A stretch of DNA of 64,000 bases. Source: Smithellaceae bacterium. GTDB lineage: Bacteria; Desulfobacterota; Syntrophia; Syntrophales; Smithellaceae. Of the stretch, positions 17,059 to 26,202 are shown piece after piece (the first letter of the stretch is position 1; each line of letters begins with the position of its first letter). Under the pieces are notes generated by a model. The model had not been told where the DNA came from, made no database searches, and saw only the letters and a program-made list of their open reading frames with translations. The translations under genes and the position numbers were made by a program. The DNA is taken from NCBI GenBank assembly GCA_963682015.1, contig OY820932.1:2010618-2074617 (forward strand). Direction: 5' to 3'.

Positions 17059-17996
17059 TGATTAGTCGGTTCAGAATGCTGAAATTCGGAAATATTCAGA
17101 AACTTATTTGTCTGGGAATCCTTCTTTCGTTTGTTCATCATGCATGGGCGGAAGACTGGTCATATTATGACACGACTTCTTCAGGGGACATGTATTATGA
17201 CAAAAGCGGAGTCAAAGAAGTCGGCAAAGACGTCATTTCCGTGCGGACGAAAATCCTATTAAGCGAAAATGCCAAAAACACCTATTTTTCGATTCTTAAA
17301 AACTTGAACAAGGCACCGGAAAGTCCGGCCATGCTCAGTTGTTATATAAGTCTTATGGAAATTGACTATACCACCAGAAAAATCAGAGATGTGTCTGTAA
17401 CTTTCTATGATCAGAAAGGCGACGTGATTTATTCTTCACTGCAAAGCGAATCCGGTCAATGGAATCCTATCGAACCCCATTCCGTTGGTGAAAAATTAAT
17501 CAACCGGGTTTCCTGGGAACCTCTTACATCCCGGAAGACGGTTGCCGCTCCCGGGGTTGATAAAGCCGCACCGCCAAAAAAGGCGTCTGTCGCCGCGCCC
17601 TCAGACACCGGACTTAATTCGGATCGTCTGAACAACAAAAAGAAAGAGGCAACGGACAGCCAGGAAACAGCGGTGCGGGATTTAGTCGCCAGATGGCTCA
17701 CCAGCTGGCAATCCGGCGATATGAAGATCTATCGCAACTGTTACACGTCAGATTTTGAATCCAAGGGAAAGAACCTGGATGCATGGATTAATCATAAAAC
17801 CAGGGTTCACACAACCGGTAAAAAGATCAAAATTCAAATTGATCTGTTAAAGATATCCGTGAGAAACAATGCCGCCACGGCAAAATTTGTTCAGCATTAC
17901 AGCTCTTCTCTCGTCAATGACTCCGGGATTAAAATATTGGAGTTAAGAAAAATCAATGATGAATGGAAAATTTACCGGGAAAACATGTATCAATAA
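17058..17996 (+). CDS. Secreted protein: adhesin-E-like N-terminal domain plus NTF2-like (Cds6/SnoaL-like) C-terminal domain
   Basis: Signal peptide ending ..FVHHAWA. WSYYD...MYYDKSGVKEV...VISVRTK at the N-terminus, a low-complexity linker, then AVRDLVARWLTSWQSGDMKIYRNCY...ILELRKINDEWKIYRE. The ATG overlaps the endonuclease stop (TAATG). Confidence 0.55.
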   Translation: MISRFRMLKFGNIQKLICLGILLSFVHHAWAEDWSYYDTTSSGDMYYDKSGVKEVGKDVISVRTKILLSENAKNTYFSILKNLNKAPESPAMLSCYISLMEIDYTTRKIRDVSVTFYDQKGDVIYSSLQSESGQWNPIEPHSVGEKLINRVSWEPLTSRKTVAAPGVDKAAPPKKASVAAPSDTGLNSDRLNNKKKEATDSQETAVRDLVARWLTSWQSGDMKIYRNCYTSDFESKGKNLDAWINHKTRVHTTGKKIKIQIDLLKISVRNNAATAKFVQHYSSSLVNDSGIKILELRKINDEWKIYRENMYQ

Positions 17997-18137
17997 CCCC
18001 GGCAGACGAAACTTCCGCACAAACCTGATTCGCCGGGATCTTTCGCTGCATCATGCAGAAGGTTCCGGTTTTGGTCTCCCATGAAGATATCCCTGTTCAA
18101 CTGATCTTCGTGAAACTCGCGGTTTTAACAACAATTC

Positions 18138-18165
18138 GCGGGGAGCGGTTATGGCCGCTCCCCGC
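18138..18165. terminator. GC-rich hairpin (GCGGGGAGCGG-ttatgg-CCGCTCCCCGC) between convergent genes
   Basis: 11-bp perfect stem. No clear U-run on either strand. Confidence 0.35.
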
Positions 18166-18261
18166 ATGCATTATATCTTGCAGGCTTCGTTATAGTTTTG
18201 GAACCGGCGGCATCAATTGAATTAACAGGCTGTGATGCCGCAGCAGATTTCATCAATTACG

Positions 18262-19125
18262 TCAGTTGGTCGCAGCGTACATAATGGTATCAATGAGATC
18301 TTTTGCCTTTTGCTTTAATCCGGCACACTCCTCCGGACGCAGTCTCCCGTCCGACCTCGATCTGTTTAAATCATTTTCCAGATTTTCGATCTTTTTGTTG
18401 ATCACGAATAATTCCTGCGGGGAAATCTTTTCCGAATTAACGCCGTCACGAACCATGACGCGCGCTCTTGAAAGATCCTGGCGGATATCCTGCTGACATC
18501 CCTCTCCCCGATGATCCCGCCGGTCGTTGCCGTCATTCATTTCATATCGAATATGCTTGTAGAGGCCTCGAGTTTCACGCTGCAACCTTTCGCATTCTCC
18601 GGGATTCAGCCTTCCGTCCGATACGAATCTGTTCAGATCATTCTCCACCCTTCGGATATTCTGGCGGATCCGATCCGCTTCCCGTGAATCAATTTGCCCT
18701 GTTTTTATACCATGGCGGACCATGTTATTTGCTTTCTCGATGTCCTGACGAACATCCTGCTGACATTCCTGACCACGATAATCCCGCCGGACGTTACCGT
18801 CATTCATTTCATATCGAATATGCTTGTAGAGGTCTCGAGTTTCACGCTGCAACCTTTCACACTCTCTGGGATTCAGCCTTCCGTCCGATATGAATCTGTT
18901 CAGATCATTTTCCACCCTTCGGATATTCTGGCGGATCCGATCCGCTTCCCGTGAATCAATTTGCCCTGTTTTTATACCATGGCGGACCATGTTATTTGCT
19001 TTCTCGATGTCCTGACGAACATCCTGCTGACATTCCTGACCACGATGATCCCCGCGAGGTTGAGCATAACTTATTCCACAAAAAATAAATGAAGTAATGA
19101 TTAACACCAGAATTGCTTTTTTCAT
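18262..19125 (-). CDS. Secreted tandem-repeat protein (three 89-aa helical, Arg/Asp/Gln-rich repeats, two Cys each)
   Basis: ATG at 19125 follows AAGGAG. Signal peptide MKKAILVLIITSFIFCGISYA. The repeat GQECQQDVRQDIEKANNMVRHGIKTGQIDSREADRIRQNIRRVENDLNRF.SDGRLNP.ECERLQRETR.LYKHIRYEMNDGN occurs twice, plus one diverged copy. Confidence 0.7.
   Translation of the reverse strand: MKKAILVLIITSFIFCGISYAQPRGDHRGQECQQDVRQDIEKANNMVRHGIKTGQIDSREADRIRQNIRRVENDLNRFISDGRLNPRECERLQRETRDLYKHIRYEMNDGNVRRDYRGQECQQDVRQDIEKANNMVRHGIKTGQIDSREADRIRQNIRRVENDLNRFVSDGRLNPGECERLQRETRGLYKHIRYEMNDGNDRRDHRGEGCQQDIRQDLSRARVMVRDGVNSEKISPQELFVINKKIENLENDLNRSRSDGRLRPEECAGLKQKAKDLIDTIMYAATN
18508..19041. repeat. Two tandem 267-bp coding repeats (18508-18774 and 18775-19041), about 96% identical; a diverged third unit lies at 18265-18507
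   Basis: Hand alignment found about 10 mismatches in 267 nt. The last ~145 nt of each unit are identical. Confidence 0.85.
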
Positions 19126-19236
19126 ATCGACACTCCTTTTTTTAATTGTGAATATTTTACCTGCCAAAACCAAATTACTTTATTTCTTCCATTTTATTTA
19201 ACGGACTGTTTGTGCTGCACGGGTTCGGAACCGGCA

Positions 19237-21069
19237 TTAAAACTTGTATTTTCCGGCCATGATATTCTGGTAGATTTCATTGTTTAACGCCACGTAGCCT
19301 TCGCTTCCCGGCAGGAGGACATAAATATCTTCCTTCACCTGAGACATATCATATCCCTGGTTTTTGAGGTTCGTTTTTTTGATTTTATGCGTGGCCGTCC
19401 ATTCAAAGTCCGGAACGAAACGCACGAAAAGCGGAACGGCATATTTCGGCAGGCTGGTTTTCAAGTGCCCGGCCAGTTTGGAGATGTCCAGCGGCGTTTT
19501 GTCGTCCCTGACAACCGACGCCATGCCGGCCTTGCCATCGCTGCCCGGCATGGTGATCCCGTATACAGCCGATGAGGCAACGCCGGGAAAACTGTCGACG
19601 GCTTTTTCAACTTCCTGTGTGGCCACGTTTTCACCTTTCCAGCGGTATGTGTCACCCAGGCGGTCCGCAAACTGCGCATGACGGAATCCCATGTTCCGGA
19701 GCATGTCGCCGGTGTTGAACCACATATCGCCCTTTTTGAAAACATCACGGAAGATCTTTTCCTCCGTTTTTTTCTTATCGGAGTATCCGGCAAACGGCGT
19801 TTTCTCCGATATTTCCATGATCAGCAGGCCGGTTTGACCTTTGTCCACCTTTTTCATGAAACCGTTCCGGTCCCGGACCGGTGCGTCGTTTTCCGTGTCA
19901 TAGGCCACCAGAGCAAATGGCGTTACACTGGTGCCCACACTGTAGTCGATATTCAGAAAATTGGTAAAAACACCAACCCCCTCGGCGGCGCCGTAAAATT
20001 CATATACGTTTTTAATACCGAAGCGTTTTTTGAAAGGCATCCAGATGTCCGGCCTGAGCCCGTTGCCGCATATGTATTTCAGCGTTGTTTCATGATCGTC
20101 GGATTTCGCGGGCAGCGCCATCAGATAACGGCATACCTCTCCCACATAGATAAAATGGGTCGCCTGAAACTGCCGGACGTCATCCAGAAATTTGCTGGCG
20201 CTGAACTTCCTGCGCAGGGCAACCGCCGCGCCGTTATAAATCGCGGGGGGCCAGCCCACGGTGATGGCGTTTGTATGAAAAAACGGCAGCGGAATATAAA
20301 TTGTGTCCGTCGGCTTTACGGGCATGACAAAGCGGCCGAACCAGAACATGGCTGATATGGTTCGCTTGTTAATGATGACCGCGGCCTTGGGCAGGCCGCC
20401 GGTTGTTCCTGACGTATACACATAAGCCATGGTGTCTTTCAGTGTAACGCCCGGTGTAGAGGATGGATTTTCAGTGCTTTTGCTCTCCAGTTCGCCGGAA
20501 ATATCGGTAATATCGGTGGGCCTGAGCTGCCCGGTGTCCTGAACCATGACCAGTGTGGATTTTGAAAGATCAATTCCGGCGCGAGCTTCGCTGAAAAAAC
20601 CATAGCATTCCTCACCGACGATCACCACCTTGCCCTTGTTCAAATTGAAGCTGTGAATGAGCGACTCTCCCCGCTGATTTGTATTGATCAGCGAGGCAAT
20701 CGCACCCACTTTGGAACAGCCGCAGTAGGCGGCCAGCAGATCGGGGCGATTCTCAAAACAAAGCGTTACCACATCGCCCCGGCCAACCCCCTTTGACAAC
20801 AGGAAATGGGCGTATCGATTTGCTCTTTCGTTGAGTTCGCGATAGGTCAGGTTTCCATCGGGCGACTTCACCGCCGCGTTATCCGGATATTGTCTGGCGA
20901 TTTTTTCCAGTTCCAGCCCCCAGGAATTGTTGGCATTGCTACCTATGCTTCTGAGCCCCTTAAGGAGATTGAAAATCATGGACGGAAACCTCGGTAAAAT
21001 CTGAAATACTTTGGTGATGAATTCTGCTGCGCTGATGGTTGCGGGGATTTTTCCCTGTTGTGCGTTCAT
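19237..21069 (-). CDS. Long-chain acyl-CoA synthetase, FATP-like (AMP-forming)
   Basis: YVYTSGTTGGLPKAAVI (AMP-binding motif), YGAAEG, GD....D..G...F.DR.GDT.RWKGENV. Confidence 0.8.
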   Translation of the reverse strand: MNAQQGKIPATISAAEFITKVFQILPRFPSMIFNLLKGLRSIGSNANNSWGLELEKIARQYPDNAAVKSPDGNLTYRELNERANRYAHFLLSKGVGRGDVVTLCFENRPDLLAAYCGCSKVGAIASLINTNQRGESLIHSFNLNKGKVVIVGEECYGFFSEARAGIDLSKSTLVMVQDTGQLRPTDITDISGELESKSTENPSSTPGVTLKDTMAYVYTSGTTGGLPKAAVIINKRTISAMFWFGRFVMPVKPTDTIYIPLPFFHTNAITVGWPPAIYNGAAVALRRKFSASKFLDDVRQFQATHFIYVGEVCRYLMALPAKSDDHETTLKYICGNGLRPDIWMPFKKRFGIKNVYEFYGAAEGVGVFTNFLNIDYSVGTSVTPFALVAYDTENDAPVRDRNGFMKKVDKGQTGLLIMEISEKTPFAGYSDKKKTEEKIFRDVFKKGDMWFNTGDMLRNMGFRHAQFADRLGDTYRWKGENVATQEVEKAVDSFPGVASSAVYGITMPGSDGKAGMASVVRDDKTPLDISKLAGHLKTSLPKYAVPLFVRFVPDFEWTATHKIKKTNLKNQGYDMSQVKEDIYVLLPGSEGYVALNNEIYQNIMAGKYKF

Positions 21070-21580
21070 GATCTTTGCTCCTTCATGTCTATCTTTTTTG
21101 CAGGCCTATCCTCCGGAGAATCCCGGAAACCGTCCTGAATGATTTGCATCCACTCTGGAACATCTTCCTTCAGTCACTTACAATAAAATGACCATTGATT
21201 CCATTCTTTTGTATGTCCATCGTCAAATGATCCGGGTGTCTTTTAAACAACAGCAGTAAACATAACTCGGGGCAATTGAACTCGGCCCGGTGTCCAAAAT
21301 ACCCTTGACACACAAAACCCCGTTTCCTATACTCAAATCCCGAATGGGCAGCCCTTATCAGGAATAAAGTTTTCATCATGATGCTCATATTATGCGCTTA
21401 AAACTTACGGATTCGTTTTGCCGTCCTCAACGATTGACAGATTAATTACGAAATGAAATTTATCGCCGTCATGGATGAAAAAGGACGGACGGCGCAAAGC
21501 ATCCTTTCTCCGGTCCTGCTGTCCGTGAGAAATGCAGACCTATAGAACATGCAACCAGTTTGTTTACAGGAGAGGACATC

Positions 21581-22780
21581 ATGAAACGGATTGATTCAAT
21601 CGATGTGCTGCGCGCCCTGGCTATCATCTTTATGGTACTGTGCCATTTTCCGGTTAATTTATCCCCGGCCACCGGCGAATATCCATGGGTTTACTTCTTT
21701 TCGAATCACATTATCGGTGATTTTGCGGCATCCATGTTTTTGGTGCTTGTGGGTGTAAGCCAGGTTCTATCTTCCGGTAAAACCGGTCATGTTCCAATAG
21801 GCTTGCAGTTCTGGAAAGACCGCGCCATCAAACGGGGCGCGTTCATCTTCGTAGTCGGGTTGATTTTTTCAATGTCCGTGCGCGGGTGGGAAGCCGTTTT
21901 TGAATGGGACATCTTAACGCTCATCGGCGCGTCACTGATCGCCATCCGCCTGCTCGGCCGGCTGCCGGCATTCGGTTTTTTGATTGTTGGATTGATCTTT
22001 GTCCTTCCCTCGCCCCTCCTTCGCGAATACAGCCAGTATCTGCAGCACTGGGGCAACACGATGGAAGCGGTACCGGGAATCAGCAGCGTCGCACCGGGTC
22101 TTTTATATGACCCCGCCGCAGACTACCTCCCGACATGGAGTCTTCAGGAAATTGTCGAAGGGTTTTTCTTTGAGGGATATTTCCCGATTTTCCCGTGGCT
22201 GTTTTTCCCTCTTTTCGGCGTATTTTTAGGCAAAGCCAGTTTCGTGCAATCAGCCGAAGAATCTCCCAACACCAATCGTCACATTGTTTTCATGATATCC
22301 GGGGGAGCCGTTTTATCGGCAACTGCAATATTGATCGGCTTATGGGCGCGGACCAAGCCCCCTCTGTCCGTGGTCAATGAATATATCTCCCCCTTTTCAT
22401 TTTATCCTGTGACCATTTCCATGATGCTGCTGCAACTGGGAGTGGTTCTGCTTTTATTCGGCGTTTTGCGGGCGCTCTGTGATTACAGGCCCAGAGACAA
22501 CTGGTGGCTTGTTTATTGCCGCCGCTTGAGCCGCTATTCTTTAACGCTGTATGTATTGCACCATATCGTTATGCTCTGGCCTCTGTGGCTGATTGGAGGG
22601 ATCGCGGAAGGTCCATGGAATCAGTACTACGCGAAAGCGATGAGTGAACCGCTGGCTCTTATTTTAAGCATTCTTCTCATGGCCATATGCGGACCGCTGC
22701 TTGCCGCGTGGGATAAAGTAAAGGGAAAATACAGCCTGGAATGGAACCTGGCAAAAATAGTCGGAACAAGTTCCGGGTGA
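21581..22780 (+). CDS. DUF1624 / heparan-alpha-glucosaminide N-acetyltransferase-like integral membrane acyltransferase
   Basis: MKRIDSIDVLRALAIIFMVLCHF followed by about 10 predicted TM segments. Confidence 0.65.
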   Translation: MKRIDSIDVLRALAIIFMVLCHFPVNLSPATGEYPWVYFFSNHIIGDFAASMFLVLVGVSQVLSSGKTGHVPIGLQFWKDRAIKRGAFIFVVGLIFSMSVRGWEAVFEWDILTLIGASLIAIRLLGRLPAFGFLIVGLIFVLPSPLLREYSQYLQHWGNTMEAVPGISSVAPGLLYDPAADYLPTWSLQEIVEGFFFEGYFPIFPWLFFPLFGVFLGKASFVQSAEESPNTNRHIVFMISGGAVLSATAILIGLWARTKPPLSVVNEYISPFSFYPVTISMMLLQLGVVLLLFGVLRALCDYRPRDNWWLVYCRRLSRYSLTLYVLHHIVMLWPLWLIGGIAEGPWNQYYAKAMSEPLALILSILLMAICGPLLAAWDKVKGKYSLEWNLAKIVGTSSG

Positions 22781-22927
22781 AAGCACAAATTTCAAAAAGC
22801 GGAATAAACCGGGATTCTGCCCGACACAGTCGCGAAACATAAGTCCCCTCACCATTTTATTTAACCCGCAGGGAAACGGACATCCTTGTTCTCAATCCAT
22901 CCCGCTTGCCGCACAATGCTGAGCTTG

Positions 22928-24121
22928 CTATATGATGCCTTCCTTTTTCAGGGATTCCAGAGATTCCGTAGAGAGCCCCAGCCACTCTCTGTATACATCT
23001 TCGTTATGCTGACCCAAAAGTGGAGCCGGTTTGTATTCATAATCGTTCTTGTAAAGCCGGATCGGGCAGCCGGCCATTTTAAATTTGCCCCTTTGCGGGT
23101 GATCAAACTCGACTATGGTCTGCCGCTGATTGAAATGCGGATCGTTCAACACTTCCTTTGTATCCAGTACCGGCGCCGCGGGTATGCCAAGATCAGCCAT
23201 TGTCTTGAATACTTCCATTTTGTCTTTCGTCCTGGTCCAGTCCTCAATCGCGGCCTTGATATCTTGGTAGCGCTCGATGCGCAGATGGATGTCGTTTTTG
23301 AGCTCTTCCGTAGCCATGTCCGGACGGCCGATGGCCGTCATCGCCATTTCATACTGCTTGGGCGTGAGCATATTGATATAGGCATAGTCGTTCGGCCCGT
23401 CGCCCTTGCAGCGGACCACTTCCACAAAATCCCGTCGGGGTGAAGGTTCACCGTCGTCCAGAGGATGAATTGCCGTGGGCACACGATTCAGGTTAATCAC
23501 CGCATCCGCCATGGATTGTTCCACAACCTGTCCTTCACCGGTGCGGAGCCGTTGAATGTAGGCCGCCAGAATTCCCACGGCCAGATGCATACCCGCTCCC
23601 GTATCACCGATCGTCGGGCCGGGATTCAGAGGTGGTGTGTCCACCAGGCCGGTATTGCTGAACGCCCCGCCAATGGCTTTGGCAATGGAATCCATGGAAA
23701 GATAGTTGCTGTATGGCCCGCCTTTGCCAAATCCCACATTCTCGGCGTAAATAATCCGTGGATTAATTTTCGAAAGCACCTTGTAGTCGATGCCCATTCT
23801 GGTCATTACGCCGGGTGCGAAATTACTAACGACGACATCAGCTTTTTTAACCATGTCCTTGAATAAAGCAACTCCCCGGGGCGATTTCAGATTGAGCGTG
23901 ATTCCACGTTTATTGGCGTTGAGGGACAGAAAATACCAGGAATCCAATCCTTTTGTCCTGTCTACCTCCCGGATCATAAACGTCCTGCCCACTTCTCCTG
24001 TTCCCGGCGGCTCAATCTTGATAACATCCGCCCCGAGAAAAGCCAGCTGTTCCGTGCACGACGGCCCGGCTTCCCACTGGGATAAATCCAGTATCTTTAA
24101 TCCTTCAAGCGCTTTGGACAA
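22928..24121 (-). CDS. Family III CoA-transferase (CaiB/BaiF/Frc; FldA/HadA/BbsF-like)
   Basis: LEGLKILDLSQWEAGPSCTEQLAFLGADVIKIEPPGTGEVGR. TTG start 7 nt after AAGGAGG. Last gene of the operon. Confidence 0.85.
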   Translation of the reverse strand: MSKALEGLKILDLSQWEAGPSCTEQLAFLGADVIKIEPPGTGEVGRTFMIREVDRTKGLDSWYFLSLNANKRGITLNLKSPRGVALFKDMVKKADVVVSNFAPGVMTRMGIDYKVLSKINPRIIYAENVGFGKGGPYSNYLSMDSIAKAIGGAFSNTGLVDTPPLNPGPTIGDTGAGMHLAVGILAAYIQRLRTGEGQVVEQSMADAVINLNRVPTAIHPLDDGEPSPRRDFVEVVRCKGDGPNDYAYINMLTPKQYEMAMTAIGRPDMATEELKNDIHLRIERYQDIKAAIEDWTRTKDKMEVFKTMADLGIPAAPVLDTKEVLNDPHFNQRQTIVEFDHPQRGKFKMAGCPIRLYKNDYEYKPAPLLGQHNEDVYREWLGLSTESLESLKKEGII

Positions 24122-24181
24122 GGAAATCCTCCTTTGATGTCTTCACCCGCCATGACGTTAAACTGTCGTCATGACTTTTTT

Positions 24182-24967
24182 TCATTGTTCTTCTTCTGCC
24201 AGGCAGGCCGCGCCGAAAGCTGCGGTAAGCCTGGGGTGCTGCGGAACGAAAATCCTCAGACGCAACGCTAAGCCGATGGCTTCCACCAGCCCTTCGTCTT
24301 CTCCGCCGCCGCCGGTCAGCACGATATCCGGCTCCAGTTTCAATCGTTTAACCAGCATGGCCACCTTGGCGGCCATGGCCCTGTGGACGCCGGCCAGAAT
24401 GTCCGCGGGTTTTGCGCCTTCGGCAATCCGGGAGATGGTTTCCGACTCCGCGAAAACGGCGCAGTTCGTCGAAAATTCCACCGGTTTTTCCGACTGCATG
24501 GATAAAGGCCCGATTTCATCCAGCGGTACATTCAGAATCCGGGAAATCACCTGCAAAAAGCGGCCGGATCCGGTAGCGCACTTTTCGCTCATCAGGAAAT
24601 CGGCAATCCGTCCTTTGTCTGTGATCCGGGCGGCTTTGGTAAACTGGCCGCCAATGTCGATGAGTGTCCGGGTGGATGGGAAGAGGTTGTGGCAGCCTTT
24701 CGCATGGCAGGAAATGTCGGAGACCTGACGGCCGGAAAACGGGGAGCTTTGCGCGCCGAGGCCCGTAATCACCAGGCCCTCGATCTGTTCAAAAGCAAGG
24801 CCGGTCTGTCTGAGCACATCTTCCATGACCTTTGTGGCGCCGCCTTTATAATTGCCCCCGGAGGGAATCAGACTGGATGCTATCATCCGGCCTTCGCAGA
24901 CCAGGGCGGCCTTGATGGATACGGAACCCATGTCCAGACCGGCGTAATATTGATTTTGGTTGTTCAT
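24182..24967 (-). CDS. BcrAD/BadFG-family ATPase (benzoyl-CoA reductase A/D-type or dehydratase-activase-type), copy 2
   Basis: YAGLDMGSVSIKAAL (ASKHA phosphate-1). Cluster-ligand contexts SEKCATGSGRFLQ and STNCAVFAESE. VLTGGGG. Confidence 0.85.
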   Translation of the reverse strand: MNNQNQYYAGLDMGSVSIKAALVCEGRMIASSLIPSGGNYKGGATKVMEDVLRQTGLAFEQIEGLVITGLGAQSSPFSGRQVSDISCHAKGCHNLFPSTRTLIDIGGQFTKAARITDKGRIADFLMSEKCATGSGRFLQVISRILNVPLDEIGPLSMQSEKPVEFSTNCAVFAESETISRIAEGAKPADILAGVHRAMAAKVAMLVKRLKLEPDIVLTGGGGEDEGLVEAIGLALRLRIFVPQHPRLTAAFGAACLAEEEQ

Positions 24968-25073
24968 GACTTCCCCAATATTATTTCTCGCTCTTGCTTA
25001 ACCACGATGCAAGAGGACATGCCCCCTTTTTTTGTCCCCCGCTGGCGGGGGTGCAGGGGGTGGTACTCACTTA

Positions 25074-25114
25074 CCACCTCCGTCACTTCGTGACACCTCC
25101 GCCGGCGGAGGACA
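25074..25114. repeat. 41-nt dispersed repeat, copy 1 (CCACCTCCGTCACTTCGTGACACCTCCGCCGGCGGAGGACA)
   Basis: Identical except for 1 nt to 34915-34955. Contains GTCAC-ttc-GTGAC and the 16-nt palindrome CCTCCGCCGGCGGAGG. Preceded by another palindrome, CCCCCGC-tg-GCGGGGG. Confidence 0.85.
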
Positions 25115-25131
25115 CGATTACCGACGTTTCT

Positions 25132-25962
25132 TTATGCGAAGAAGGTGACGTCTTCTCTTTTGCGTTCCTTTGCCGGTCTTATTCCTCTGTCATAAAAGTC
25201 TTTGCCGATGAGCGCCGCACCCAGGGCGCCGGTGATAAAAGGTTCCGGTGGCGTCAGCACCGGAAAACCGACTTTCCCTTCGATGGCTTTGATCAGCCCG
25301 ATGTTCTTTGCACCGCCGCCGGTGACCACGACATCCTTTTCAATCCCCAGGTGCCGCGTCATGTTGACCACCCGGGCCGCGATCGCCTCATGCAATCCGG
25401 CGACAATCTCCGCCACGCCCGCACCTTCCGCCAGACGAGAGGTGACTTCGTGTTCCGCAAAGACCGTGCACATGTTGGAAATCTGGACGGAACCGCTCGC
25501 TTTAAGAGAAATGTCGCCCATGTCCGTGAGGTTGATGCCCAGCGTCTCCGAGATCACTTCCAGAAAACGTCCGGTGCCCGCGGCGCACTTGTCGTTCATG
25601 ACAAAATTGGCCACCTTGCCTTCGGCATCGAGCTTGATGCCCTTGGAATCCTGACCGCCGATGTCGATGATGATTTTTGCCGTGGGGAAAAGTGCCCGGA
25701 TACCGCGTGCGTGGCAGGTGATCTCCGTGATCTGCTTGTCGGCAAACGGCACATTGATCCTCCCGTAACCCGTGGCAACGATGAAATCCAGCGCTTCAAA
25801 AGAAAGCCCCGCCTTTTTGACGGTCTCGTCGGTTACCTTGAGCGCCAGGTGCCGGTGCTCCGCTCCGGTGGGTCCGATATGAGAAGCAATGATCTTTTCC
25901 TGTTCATCCGCGATGACCACCTTCGTCATCGTGGACCCGATATCTATTCCGCAAAACGGCAT
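25132..25962 (-). CDS. BcrAD/BadFG-family ATPase, copy 1
   Basis: FCGIDIGSTMTKVVI, NDKCAAGTGRFLE, SNMCTVFAEHE, VVTGGGAKN. Only loosely similar to the neighbouring copy, so this is not a recent duplicate. Confidence 0.85.
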   Translation of the reverse strand: MPFCGIDIGSTMTKVVIADEQEKIIASHIGPTGAEHRHLALKVTDETVKKAGLSFEALDFIVATGYGRINVPFADKQITEITCHARGIRALFPTAKIIIDIGGQDSKGIKLDAEGKVANFVMNDKCAAGTGRFLEVISETLGINLTDMGDISLKASGSVQISNMCTVFAEHEVTSRLAEGAGVAEIVAGLHEAIAARVVNMTRHLGIEKDVVVTGGGAKNIGLIKAIEGKVGFPVLTPPEPFITGALGAALIGKDFYDRGIRPAKERKREDVTFFA

Positions 25963-25982
25963 AAGTCGTATTTCCTCTGCTT

Positions 25983-26011
25983 GTAGGGAACGGTTTCAAA
26001 CCGTTCCCTAC
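25983..26011. repeat. 29-nt palindromic REP-like element GTAGGGAACGGTTTcAAACCGTTCCCTAC, copy 1
   Basis: 14-bp perfect arms. Copies 2 and 3 at 27525-27553 and 36559-36587. Confidence 0.85.
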
Positions 26012-26100
26012 GCTTTGGTTTTAAGGCTTTGCAAAACCAGTGGGGCATCCGGCATGCATCAGATGCCCTCATCCTTAAGGCTGGTCAAAACCGTCTGGAT

Positions 26101-26153
26101 GCAAGGCCCCCGAGTTCTGAGGCGTGAGGCGTACTTTTGTACGCCGCAGCAAC
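26101..26153. repeat. About 50-nt intergenic repeat module (GCAAGGCC...GGCGTGAGGCGTAC-tttt-GTACGCCGCAGCAAC), copy 1
   Basis: Shares GCAAGGCC and the GGCGTAC/GTACGCC hairpin core with 27601-27647. Confidence 0.7.
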
Positions 26154-26202
26154 GAAGGACGAGGGAAACGCAGCAGACGGGCGATTTTCACCAGCCGCCC
26201 TG

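Noticed and set aside
18265-19041. Regularly spaced 267-bp repeats, considered as a possible CRISPR or other non-coding array.
   Set aside because: The period is far too long, there are no unique spacers, and the repeats are in frame within a single ORF that has a signal peptide. They are coding tandem repeats.
21170-21388. 72-aa ORF (MSIMMKTLFLIRAAHSGFEYRKRGF...) in the spacer upstream of the acyl-CoA synthetase gene; possible transposase or toxin fragment.
   Set aside because: No recognisable motif, no clear RBS, and no partner gene. There is insufficient support to call it.
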